64,000 nt of DNA, from assembly GCA_963664395.2 (NCBI GenBank), contig OY761159.2, forward strand, positions 4,616,280 to 4,680,279. Direction: 5' to 3'. Both the position numbers and the translations under genes were made by a program. Below, piece by piece: positions 18,937 through 27,962 of the stretch; positions within the stretch are counted from its first letter, which is position 1, and each line of letters opens with the position of its first letter. The notes under the pieces are model-generated. The model was not told where the DNA came from. It worked only from the letters and a program-made list of their open reading frames with translations, and did no database searches. Origin of the DNA: Candidatus Binatia bacterium. GTDB lineage: Bacteria; Desulfobacterota; Binatia; Bin18.

Positions 18937-19665
18937 TCAGTATAGCAGAGGGAACGGTTGGAAGTGAGCCAGAACGCCGGAACAAACGCCGAGAACAAAC
19001 GTCGAGAACAAACGAAATGAGCGTCGATGAGCCGGGCACGGTCCGTACTCGCGCAGGGCCTCACGATGGGCGGCGGTGCCGTAGCCCATATGGCGGGCAA
19101 AGCCGTACTGTGGATACTGCCGGTCCAGTGCAAGCATGAGCCGGTCGCGATACGTTTTCGCAATAATCGATGCCGCCGCAATGGAGTAAATATCCCGATC
19201 TCCCTTCTTAAAAGTGGACTGCGGCGTTGGATAGTCTTTCAGCACACGTCCATCTATCAGTACATGCTCGGGTCGAACCGGCAGTTGGTCCAAGGCCAGC
19301 CGCATGGCTTTTAAGCCGGCTTGGTAGATATTGATCCGATCAATCTCCCCGACCTCAACCACCCCAATGCCAATGCCCGTTGCGATCTGACGGATCTCCG
19401 GCTCAAGACGTTCCCGGGCTTTCTGCGTCAGGGTCTTGGAGTCGCGCACGCCGGCTGGGAAAGGCTCGGGAAGGCTCTGGCCTGCAAGGCTCTCGCCTGC
19501 AAGGCTCTCGCCTGCAAGGCTTGGCGGAAAAACTGCTGCTGCTGCAACCACCGGCCCGGCCAGGGGTCCCATGCCGACCTCGTCTACGCCGGCAACATGA
19601 CTGAGCCCCGCTCGCCACAGCTTTTGTTCAACAACAAGTGTCGGATAGATCAGGCGGGAAGCCAC
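18937..19665 (-). CDS. rnhB: Ribonuclease HII
   Basis: VAGVDEVGMGPLAGPVV (DEVGRG-type motif), DSKTL, ASIIAK. Contains an inserted SLAGE repeat. Confidence 0.92.
   Translation of the reverse strand: MASRLIYPTLVVEQKLWRAGLSHVAGVDEVGMGPLAGPVVAAAAVFPPSLAGESLAGESLAGQSLPEPFPAGVRDSKTLTQKARERLEPEIRQIATGIGIGVVEVGEIDRINIYQAGLKAMRLALDQLPVRPEHVLIDGRVLKDYPTPQSTFKKGDRDIYSIAAASIIAKTYRDRLMLALDRQYPQYGFARHMGYGTAAHREALREYGPCPAHRRSFRLFSTFVLGVCSGVLAHFQPFPLLY
19481..19521 (-). repeat. 15-bp in-frame tandem repeat (about 2.7 copies; encodes SLAGESLAGESLAGQSL) inside rnhB
   Basis: Plus strand reads CCTGCAAGGCTCTCG x2 plus a partial copy, flanked by a degenerate copy. Confidence 0.9.
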
Positions 19666-19679
19666 GGGGGTTTCTTGCG

Positions 19680-20324
19680 CTAGACCGACGTTTCAGGCTC
19701 GTTTTGCTTACGCGCAGATACGGCAAACATAGGATCAGAGCCGCCCGGATGAGGACTCCAGTCTTCAAAGACGGCTGTATCGTATCCGCCCACCTGCCGG
19801 AAATACGCTTCGATTAGCTCGGCCCGGCCCGTATCTCTCAGCGTTTGCCACAGGCGAATGGCTTTGGTTGGGAACATCCGGTTGGAGTACAGCACAAGAA
19901 AGGGACAGCCGGGCTTCAGCACGCGATTCACTTCAGTGAAAATTTCGACCGGGCGGGTCATATATTGAATCGAGACTGCCACCACCACACCGTCAAAATA
20001 GGCGTCAGAAAATGGGAGCTGCGGGTCTACGTTGAGGTTGTGGACGACATATTCATCCAGGTCCGGGTTATCCGCCATCTCCTCGGCGTTGAGCCCGAGT
20101 CCGATACATTTTTGCTTCACAAATCCTTCGGGCAGATGCGAACGCCAACTGCTCATGAGATCCAAAAAGACACCGTTCGGAGTAAACGTCTGGGCGATAC
20201 ACCGCCCGGCTGCAGCAATCGCTCCGGCGTCAATATGCACGAGTTTGCGCGGAACAGTATAAAAGAGCGCATCATCGTTTTCGTCGAGCCGCTCGAACAT
20301 GTCCGGGGTCAAACGCTGGTCCAT
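19680..20324 (-). CDS. Class I SAM-dependent methyltransferase
   Basis: 214 aa with a Methyltransf_11-like core (VFLDLMSSW...DGVVVAVSIQYM...LKPGCPFLV). Confidence 0.8.
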   Translation of the reverse strand: MDQRLTPDMFERLDENDDALFYTVPRKLVHIDAGAIAAAGRCIAQTFTPNGVFLDLMSSWRSHLPEGFVKQKCIGLGLNAEEMADNPDLDEYVVHNLNVDPQLPFSDAYFDGVVVAVSIQYMTRPVEIFTEVNRVLKPGCPFLVLYSNRMFPTKAIRLWQTLRDTGRAELIEAYFRQVGGYDTAVFEDWSPHPGGSDPMFAVSARKQNEPETSV

Positions 20325-20346
20325 GGCGTGTCGGCAGGGCAGAGCC

Positions 20347-21123
20347 TTACTGAAAAAACGCGGCTAGATGCGTCACAGTTTCTTCCGGTTTTTCAAACGG
20401 CGGCGCGTGGCCACAGTCGGGAATCATGGCCAATTGCGAACCTTCAATCCCCTCATGATAGGCACGCCCGTGGGCGAGCGGTATCAGCCGGTCAGATTCG
20501 CCCCAGATAATCAGGGTTGGAACGGTCACCCGATACAATCGGCTACGCAGCTTTGGGTTGCATAAATGTGGATTCCAGCCCACCCGCGCCGTTGCTTCGC
20601 GCGCGCGCATGACGTTTTCAAGGACTTCTTGGCTTGGTTTGTCAGGGATAAAACTCCGGGCGAGTTCCGACTCCGGATCATGGAAGACTAAGCGGCGTGT
20701 TTCCTGTGTATTTGCCGCAAAAATATCCTCCATTGGGGAGCCGGGTACGCGCAGCCCGGCCGGATTAATCAAGGCGAGCTTTTTCAGGCGATTGCTATAG
20801 CGAGTCGCTAATTCGGCGGCTAACCAACCCCCGAGAGAGAGACCGACCACATAGGGCTGATCGAGCCCTATGTGGTCCATCAAATCCGTATAGTGAAAGA
20901 CCAAGTCTTCTATGGTGTCTATTTGATCCAGCCCTTCAGATTGGCTAAAGCCTGGATGTCCTGGCACATACACGCTGTAATGCTGCGCAAGCTGCTCGAA
21001 AAAAGGCAGCCAGACCACCTCTCCCCCAGCACTATGGAGATACAGAAGTGGGTCTCCGGACCCCCCACTGAGCATTTGGGTCTTCTTGCCACGAATATCA
21101 AGAAACTCTTCCCGGAAGGCCAT
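20347..21123 (-). CDS. Alpha/beta-fold hydrolase
   Basis: 258 aa. LHSAGGE, nucleophile elbow GLSLGGW, C-terminal DCGH. Confidence 0.85.
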   Translation of the reverse strand: MAFREEFLDIRGKKTQMLSGGSGDPLLYLHSAGGEVVWLPFFEQLAQHYSVYVPGHPGFSQSEGLDQIDTIEDLVFHYTDLMDHIGLDQPYVVGLSLGGWLAAELATRYSNRLKKLALINPAGLRVPGSPMEDIFAANTQETRRLVFHDPESELARSFIPDKPSQEVLENVMRAREATARVGWNPHLCNPKLRSRLYRVTVPTLIIWGESDRLIPLAHGRAYHEGIEGSQLAMIPDCGHAPPFEKPEETVTHLAAFFQ

Positions 21124-21195
21124 AATCTCTCCCTTTTTCGGTCACAGTCCTGTCAGTCAATGCGCTCCCCGTGTACCACATCCCCGGCAGCTTGC

Positions 21196-22101
21196 CTAGC
21201 GATTTTGAGCGGGACGGATGACTGCCAATGCCTGAGGAATCGCCCGCAGCGTGACCGGCAGAGAGCCCAGGCGCTCGCCGTCGGCGTAAACATCGCCCGG
21301 GATTTCCGAACGGATATTTATTTCTCTCCCGCGCAGACTCTCAATGCCGGTCAGGTAGACGTGGCTGCCGTTAAAAACGCGCGGAAAGGCCCGCAGCAAT
21401 AGTTCCCACTTGCCCATCCCGTGCGCCATACAGGCGTCCAGGATACCATCGTCAACTCGGGCGGCGGGCACGAGTTGCATGCCCCGCCCCGAACTTCCCA
21501 GGTTGCCGACAGCAATGAGCCAGCTATAGCAGCGCTGCTCATGACCATCGCAGGTAATAGTGAACGTCTGCGGAGAGGAAAGAAAGACTGAGAGAACTGT
21601 CAACAACGAATAGACGGCGTTGAAGCGCAAGCGGCCCAACAGGTTTGCCCGGCGGTTAATCTCCGCCGCGAGGCCGACCAGGGCAATAGACAAGAAATAG
21701 CGCTCATCCGCCTGCCCAACGTCAATACGGGGGGCGGGCTGGGCAGCGTACGCGCCATATTGAGCGATCAGCTCACACGCCTCGGTCAGGCGCAGCGGGA
21801 TACCCAAGCCGCGCGCAATGTCGTTTCCGCGTCCGGCCGGAATGATGCCCAAAGTCGTATGAGTCCCGACCAGGCTATTTGCTACCGCATGTAGTAAGCC
21901 GTCGCCGCCCACTCCGACCACCAGAGCGCAGCCATCTACGACTGCCTGATGGGCCAATACGCCGGGATCAGTGGGCGAGCTGCTGTACAGCACTTCGTGT
22001 TGTAATCCAAGACGCTGAAGCTCCAGGCTGGCCTGGTGGGCAATCGCAGCTCCCTGTCCTCCACCCGCAGTTGGATTGACAATAAGGCGTGGGGCGGACA
22101 T
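21196..22101 (-). CDS. Diacylglycerol-kinase-family lipid kinase (YegS/BmrU-like)
   Basis: LIVNPTAGGGQG and VGVGGDGLLHAV (GGDG motif), plus the C-terminal beta-sandwich region. Confidence 0.85.
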   Translation of the reverse strand: MSAPRLIVNPTAGGGQGAAIAHQASLELQRLGLQHEVLYSSSPTDPGVLAHQAVVDGCALVVGVGGDGLLHAVANSLVGTHTTLGIIPAGRGNDIARGLGIPLRLTEACELIAQYGAYAAQPAPRIDVGQADERYFLSIALVGLAAEINRRANLLGRLRFNAVYSLLTVLSVFLSSPQTFTITCDGHEQRCYSWLIAVGNLGSSGRGMQLVPAARVDDGILDACMAHGMGKWELLLRAFPRVFNGSHVYLTGIESLRGREINIRSEIPGDVYADGERLGSLPVTLRAIPQALAVIRPAQNR

Positions 22102-22115
22102 CCGGTTTCTCGCCT

Positions 22116-23426
22116 TTACTCGCTCGACCGGAGCCCGCCGCGCTCAAGGTGCGCCTGCACAAAATTTCGACTCCCGTCCGCGGCCATACTGGCTGAGGCA
22201 GAGAGTTCGAGGCACAGAGCCGTGGCCGCGATGATTTGTGCAAACCGATATACCTTGCCCTCTCCCAAACAGTCCAGCAGTTGCAGATATGAGCGCGCAT
22301 GGGGCAGACTCGTCCCCCCACCGAGCGTGCCAACTTCCAGCCCGGCAAACCGAATAGAGAGGTGCAGTCCGGCACTGCCAGGACTGGCCGTCACCTGGGC
22401 CATACTGCTTGTTCCAACCATGCCCAGGTCCTGACCTGTCGCAGCAAAAATAGCCGCTATGGCTGAGGCTGGAGTAAACGCAAAAGATTGCATTCCACTC
22501 GCGTGTGCGCCGTGCAGTCCGGCATGTTCCAAGGCGAGGATGTCAGCCGCCTCAATGCGTAAAACGCGCCGGAGGACGGCATTCGGCAGCGTCGTCTCGG
22601 CATGAACAACCTTGCCATGCCCAGGAAACTGGAAAAATGCATGACTCGGTTTTTTATCGCCCCCCATATTGGCTTCGAGAAATATACGCAGCGGCGTCAT
22701 ACCCGACTCTGCTGAGAAACGCTCGCTGATATAGGCATGATTCAACGCATAGGCGTTGCGCGTTATCATATTGGGCCCACAGGCATCGCCCGTTGTAAAA
22801 CGGTATAATACGTGACACATGGGTCCGACCACATGGGTCTGCACCTCATGCAGCACCGCATGCCGACTGAGCAAAAGGCCTGTATCTGAGGGCAAGGAAC
22901 GGGCCGGACCTTTGAGCCAGGCAGCCATGTCAGCGGCATGAGCTGCTACCCACTGAGACAGGGCGAGGGCCTCTTGCGTAGAAGAAAACACAAAGCACGA
23001 GTCTCGTGTCATCCGGTCGGCCAGCACGTGAGTGCGGACTCCACCCGCAAGCGCCACGGCAGTCACTCCGCGTTGAAGTGAGGCTGAGAGTCCGCCTTCG
23101 GTATGGGCCAGAGGAACGAAGACCTGCTCTTCTTGTCGGCCACGCTCGTGCAGGTGTCCCTGTGGGTCAAGTTCGTATTGTCCCCAGTTCAACGCCAGCG
23201 GTCCAACGACACCGACAGGCAATGTCATCCGGCCAGTCAAACACTCTTGGAAAGGGGCCAGCGCATCGAGTGGGCCGTCTAACACGTGCTGGTATTCATC
23301 CCCCCAGTGCGCCAGTGTCCGCAGGCGTTCTTGGCGTTCTGCAATCCCTTGGGGAGTATTCCCCCGCGGCCAACGTGGGAAACGAGAAGCGGAGGCGCTT
23401 GTATCGGGCTGGCGCGGCCCATTCAT
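22116..23426 (-). CDS. Class I-type hydroxymethylglutaryl-CoA reductase
   Basis: PVGVVGPL, PLAHTEGGLSASLQRG (TTEG-type Glu), GGDKKPS (Lys), ATGQDLG (Asp), GTLGGGT, and QAHL (His) near the C-terminus. Confidence 0.85.
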   Translation of the reverse strand: MNGPRQPDTSASASRFPRWPRGNTPQGIAERQERLRTLAHWGDEYQHVLDGPLDALAPFQECLTGRMTLPVGVVGPLALNWGQYELDPQGHLHERGRQEEQVFVPLAHTEGGLSASLQRGVTAVALAGGVRTHVLADRMTRDSCFVFSSTQEALALSQWVAAHAADMAAWLKGPARSLPSDTGLLLSRHAVLHEVQTHVVGPMCHVLYRFTTGDACGPNMITRNAYALNHAYISERFSAESGMTPLRIFLEANMGGDKKPSHAFFQFPGHGKVVHAETTLPNAVLRRVLRIEAADILALEHAGLHGAHASGMQSFAFTPASAIAAIFAATGQDLGMVGTSSMAQVTASPGSAGLHLSIRFAGLEVGTLGGGTSLPHARSYLQLLDCLGEGKVYRFAQIIAATALCLELSASASMAADGSRNFVQAHLERGGLRSSE

Positions 23427-24202
23427 TCTTCTGCCGGCCCTTCTGCCAACTCTTCTGTTTTATGGAGGTGGAGACGCCGGGCCTTGTTCTCAATGTCTCG
23501 CTTCACCTTGCCAAACAAAGTCTGCCCATCAATGCCGATCAGGAGCGCCTCGGATTTAAGCGCCGTATACATCGCCTCCATAAGCCGTAACAATTCGTCC
23601 CGCATCTTGAGAAAGACAGGGCCGAACTGGGGTTCACGTTCCAACGCCGCTCGTAAGTAGAGTTCAGCAAACGCGAGATGGCGGGCCTCATCTTGCACGA
23701 TACGGCTCGCAATAGAGGCAAAGAGAGAATCGGGGTGGGCTTTTACCAAAATGCTGTAGAAATGGCGGGCAAGAATATCGCTGAGGAGTATCCCCCACAG
23801 CCATTCAACCCGATCTCGCGATTTGAACAATCGCGCCTGATAGCGGAACATATCTTTGAGCTGACGGACTTCAAGCGGGCGCTGATTCAGAGTGTTATAG
23901 AATCGAGTCAATATATCGAAATGCCGGGCTTCGTCCAAAAGAAAGGTCGAGAGATAGAGTTGGGCTTCTGTCTCATGGGCGGCAAAACACTGCGGGATGG
24001 TCGAGCTGGCACCGATCATAGCCGTTTGCTCCCCCAGATAGATGGGGGTCAGCACCATAGCTAAAGCGCGCTGTTCGTGACGGTCGAGGGACAACGGCTG
24101 CGTCCAGTCAATTTCAGCCGCTGACCACTGGCCCTCAACGCCCTTCCGAAACAGGTCCATGAGCTTGGCGTTCTCGATGCGGGGAAAAACCCGAATCACC
24201 AT
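23423..24202 (-). CDS. Ferritin-like diiron-carboxylate protein (two DEARH motifs)
   Basis: GEQTA...(33 aa)...DEARH and SDILARH...(30 aa)...QDEARH give an E..ExxH x2 architecture. Its TGA overlaps the HMG-CoA reductase ATG (ATGA at 23423..23426). Start chosen at the ATG at 24202 with a GGAGAGGGG upstream. Confidence 0.65.
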   Translation of the reverse strand: MVIRVFPRIENAKLMDLFRKGVEGQWSAAEIDWTQPLSLDRHEQRALAMVLTPIYLGEQTAMIGASSTIPQCFAAHETEAQLYLSTFLLDEARHFDILTRFYNTLNQRPLEVRQLKDMFRYQARLFKSRDRVEWLWGILLSDILARHFYSILVKAHPDSLFASIASRIVQDEARHLAFAELYLRAALEREPQFGPVFLKMRDELLRLMEAMYTALKSEALLIGIDGQTLFGKVKRDIENKARRLHLHKTEELAEGPAEE

Positions 24203-24374
24203 CCCCAACCCCTCTCCATTGCCTGACGTGAGGCAGCACCATAGCAACCCCTCCCCTAGTACTCAAGTAAACGCCTGAGCAGGAAGTTTGGTATTCGATA
24301 TCGCCGCGTGCGTCCGACAGGTATCGGAACGGCAGATATAAACGATTTCTCAATGTGGTTTTGGCAATACAGCC

Positions 24375-25844
24375 CTACAGCGGCTTCGCTACACACTCGG
24401 CAAACACCGCCTCAGCTGCGGCTTCTCCACTCCGCACGCAGTCGGCAAGACCAACGCCGCGATAGGCGTTGCCGGCAAGCGCCAGACCTGGATGCTCGGC
24501 CACCCGTTTTTCAATCTCACCAACGAGCTGAAGATGGCCGACGCGATACTGCGGCATGGAGCGCGGATAGCGGGCAATGCGGGTCAGGAGGGGTTCGGCT
24601 TCAATCCCAAGCAACTGTTGCAGTTCACTGCGTACCAGAGCGCGGATTTCAGCATCATCGCGCTCAAACAGCTCCGCCTGAAGTGCGCCACCAACAAACG
24701 TTCGTAACAGGGCATGATCGCTCGGAGATCGTCCGGAATATTTCACGCTCGAAAAAGTCCCGGCAATAATCGAACGCCGCTCCACTCGTGGCACCACAAA
24801 ACCAAAACCGTTCAGCGGATGGGGAATCTGGTCCCGACGATAGGCCATATTCACCGTTGCTGCGGAGCTGTAGGTGATGCAGGAGAGTTGCTGACTCAAG
24901 GACCGATCAAGCGCGCACACAAGATGCGCCGCAGCAAAGGCTGGCGTCGCCAGCACGAGGCCATCGGCCTGGAGGGTTGAGCCGTCGTCACATTCTACGT
25001 TCCAGCGTGAGCCGTTCGCGTTTTCAGGCTGATAGCGGACACTCGTCGCAGGACAACTCTGGCGAATGGTTCCTGATGAGAGCCGTTCGGTTAGGACAGA
25101 AACGAGGCGCTGCATTCCGGTTTGCAGGGTCACAAACAAACTCCAGCGCGCCCCACTCGTTCCCTTGGCCGTCTGAGGATTACGGCGAGCTGCCCGCCAG
25201 AGCGCATAAATCACGCTCCGATAGTCACGCTCCATTTGAAGAAAACGAGGCATGGTCGCAGCAAGGCTGAGTTGGTCGGGGTCAGCCGTATATATGCCGC
25301 CGATTAGGGGTTGAGCAATGCGTTCGAGCGCTTCTCGGCCAAGGCGACGGCGTACAAACGAGCCAAGGCTCTCATCCGCTTGTTCCGACGCCCGGGGCAG
25401 GAGCAGGTCGAGCGCCATGCGAAATTTCCCCGACCAGGAAAAAATACGGGATTGGATCAAAGGACCAAGCTGGGTGGGCGCTAATAGCATGAACCCCTGC
25501 GGCAGTGGCTCAAGCCTCCCCTTGTGCACCACAAATGTGGCCCGATGCGCGTTGTTAGTGCCCATCAGTTCGGGCTCAAGACCAAGACGGCGACACAGGG
25601 CCAAGGCCCAAGGTTTTTCCGAAATAAATGAGTCCGGGCCGAGTTCAAGCAGAAAATCGTCTCGCTGCTCTGTTGCAATGACTCCGCCTAGCCGATCGCT
25701 GGATTCAAGCACTGTAAATCGAAGCGGCTGATCACGCTCCCGGCTTAATTCTTCGAGTTTGTACGCAGCGGCCAGACCGGTAATACCACCACCAACGATC
25801 ACAATATGGAGAACCGGACTGCTGTCCGATGGAGAAAGAGACAT
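24375..25844 (-). CDS. hemY: Protoporphyrinogen/coproporphyrinogen III oxidase (HemY/CgoX type, FAD-dependent)
   Basis: IVGGGITGLAAAY dinucleotide motif. 489 aa with HemY-like sequence throughout. Confidence 0.9.
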   Translation of the reverse strand: MSLSPSDSSPVLHIVIVGGGITGLAAAYKLEELSRERDQPLRFTVLESSDRLGGVIATEQRDDFLLELGPDSFISEKPWALALCRRLGLEPELMGTNNAHRATFVVHKGRLEPLPQGFMLLAPTQLGPLIQSRIFSWSGKFRMALDLLLPRASEQADESLGSFVRRRLGREALERIAQPLIGGIYTADPDQLSLAATMPRFLQMERDYRSVIYALWRAARRNPQTAKGTSGARWSLFVTLQTGMQRLVSVLTERLSSGTIRQSCPATSVRYQPENANGSRWNVECDDGSTLQADGLVLATPAFAAAHLVCALDRSLSQQLSCITYSSAATVNMAYRRDQIPHPLNGFGFVVPRVERRSIIAGTFSSVKYSGRSPSDHALLRTFVGGALQAELFERDDAEIRALVRSELQQLLGIEAEPLLTRIARYPRSMPQYRVGHLQLVGEIEKRVAEHPGLALAGNAYRGVGLADCVRSGEAAAEAVFAECVAKPL

Positions 25845-25863
25845 GCGCGGAAGTTTCTACAGC

Positions 25864-26796
25864 CTATTGATTCAGGGTTGATTGGACCACCTCAGCTATC
25901 ATCTGAATAAAAATTGGATGATCGTTGACGGTCCGGGCACGGATCATATTGAGTCCGTTCCGTTCGGCAATCTCCTTCGCTTCCGTATCCAGATCATATA
26001 GAACTTCGATATGGTCACACACGAATCCAATAGGCACGACGACCACATCTTGAGTTCCCTGCGCAGCCAGGCTCTTGAGCACATCGCCGATATCCGGCTC
26101 CAGCCACGGCGCTTGGGGTGGGCCGCTCCGACTTTGATAGGCAACACACCAGTTTTCGAGTCCAATGCGCTCGGCGACTAAGCGTGCGCCTTCTTCGACT
26201 TGTCGGACGTAGGCGGCGGAGGCTTGGGTACTGGGCATGGCCGTCGGTATACTGTGCGCGGTAAATACCAAAGGCGTTGCAGCACGGCGGTCTGCCGGGA
26301 TATGCGAAAACGCCTGCTTTGTCAGATCGGCAACCGCGTGAATGAATAAGGGGTGATTATGCCAGCCAGGGGTGAAGGTAACGTGGGGAGCAAGAGACCC
26401 TACAGTTTCTCTCGCCTCTTCCACATTCGTCTTATACCGCTCCCAGCCGGCCTCGCTTTGCTGAGCGGAAAGAATGAAGCCAACGGCATTTTTCACTCCA
26501 TCCTTCCCCATCTGTTCCAGAGTCTCGCCTATATAGGGATGCCAGTTTCGCATGCCAACATACACCGGCAGTTGGGGACCTTCTTGCGCCAAGAGGCGTC
26601 GGAGTGCCTGCGCTTGTCGAAAGGTGATCTCGTTCAAAGGCGAGCGTCCGTCAAAAAGCTCGTAGTGTCGGACGACTTCTTGCAGTCGGGCTGGCGGCAC
26701 CGGACGACCGCGCAGGACATTTGCCAAAAAGGGCCGCACGTCATCCATTTTCTCCGGCCCGCCAAAGGCGATCAGCAAAACTGCATCGTATTGCAT
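25864..26796 (-). CDS. hemH: Ferrochelatase
   Basis: MQYDAVLLIAFGGPEK..., SIP...HSIP, DHIEVLYDLD. Confidence 0.92.
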   Translation of the reverse strand: MQYDAVLLIAFGGPEKMDDVRPFLANVLRGRPVPPARLQEVVRHYELFDGRSPLNEITFRQAQALRRLLAQEGPQLPVYVGMRNWHPYIGETLEQMGKDGVKNAVGFILSAQQSEAGWERYKTNVEEARETVGSLAPHVTFTPGWHNHPLFIHAVADLTKQAFSHIPADRRAATPLVFTAHSIPTAMPSTQASAAYVRQVEEGARLVAERIGLENWCVAYQSRSGPPQAPWLEPDIGDVLKSLAAQGTQDVVVVPIGFVCDHIEVLYDLDTEAKEIAERNGLNMIRARTVNDHPIFIQMIAEVVQSTLNQ

Positions 26797-26824
26797 ATGA
26801 AGTAAAGCGTAAAATCTGACCCGT

Positions 26825-27859
26825 TCACGTTTCACGGCTAGAGAGCTCGTGCACCATGTCGACCAGCGCAATCACATTATCAACTGGAGTTTGCGGCAAA
26901 ATTCCGTGACCCAGGTTGAAGATGTGCCCTGCCCTGCCCTTGGCCTCGTCCAGGATACGTTGCACTTGCTTGCGTAGTTCATCCAGTGGAGCAAAAAGAG
27001 CCAATGGATCAAGATTCCCCTGCACTGCCCGATCTGCACCGATCCGCCGCCACGCGGCCTCAAGATCAACCCGCCAGTCTACACCAATCACATCCCCGCC
27101 CGCTTCGGCCAGAAGCTCCAGCAGGCCGGCTGTTCCCGTACCAAAATGGATGAGAGGGATGCCCGGCGTAATCCCTTGGACGAGCGTCTGCATATGGGGC
27201 AACAAATAGGTTCGATAGTCCTGGGGGGCCAGACAGCCTACCCATGAGTCAAAGAGCTGAATGGCCTGCGCACCTGCGGTAATCTGGCCATTCACATAGG
27301 CGGTGATCACACGAACCAGATGCTCCATGAGCGCGTTCCAGGCAGCCGGCTCCTGGTACATGAGGCGCTTGGTTTCCAGATACTGACGTGACGCTCCGCC
27401 CTCAATCAAATACGACGCGAGGGTGAAAGGCGCGCCTGAGAAACCGATCAAGGGGATGTGACTCGGTAAGCCACGGCGAATCTGCCGGACTGCCTCAAAC
27501 ACAAAAGGGACCGACTCTCCCGGCGGAACCTCTCTAAGAGAGTCAATATCTTTTCCTGAACGAACAGGACGGTGGATGACCGGCCCATCACCTTGGGCAA
27601 ACTCCAGCCCAACGCCCATTGGCTCAATAACGAGGAGGATATCGGAAAAAAGAATGGCCGCATCCACGCCGAGGCGTTCAACCGCTTCGATCGTCACTTG
27701 CGCGGCTAAATCGGGGGTCTTGCACAATGCGAGAAACGGGACGCGTTCGCGTAACGCCCGATATTCGGCCATATACCGCCCAGCCTGTCGCATGAGCCAT
27801 ACGGGGGTATGCGGGGTCGGCTCCCCCCGGCAGGCACGTAGAAAAACCGGCGTCTCCAT
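26825..27859 (-). CDS. hemE: Uroporphyrinogen decarboxylase
   Basis: PVWLMRQAGRYM signature. 344 aa. Confidence 0.95.
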   Translation of the reverse strand: METPVFLRACRGEPTPHTPVWLMRQAGRYMAEYRALRERVPFLALCKTPDLAAQVTIEAVERLGVDAAILFSDILLVIEPMGVGLEFAQGDGPVIHRPVRSGKDIDSLREVPPGESVPFVFEAVRQIRRGLPSHIPLIGFSGAPFTLASYLIEGGASRQYLETKRLMYQEPAAWNALMEHLVRVITAYVNGQITAGAQAIQLFDSWVGCLAPQDYRTYLLPHMQTLVQGITPGIPLIHFGTGTAGLLELLAEAGGDVIGVDWRVDLEAAWRRIGADRAVQGNLDPLALFAPLDELRKQVQRILDEAKGRAGHIFNLGHGILPQTPVDNVIALVDMVHELSSRET

Positions 27860-27962
27860 GACTGGCTAAACTACCACATGGTCGAAGGACAGCAGAAGCC
27901 CCGCTCCTCTTGCTGTCCGCTCCATGCTTCGGATACAAAACAAGAGAAAAAGGAGTGGAGCT

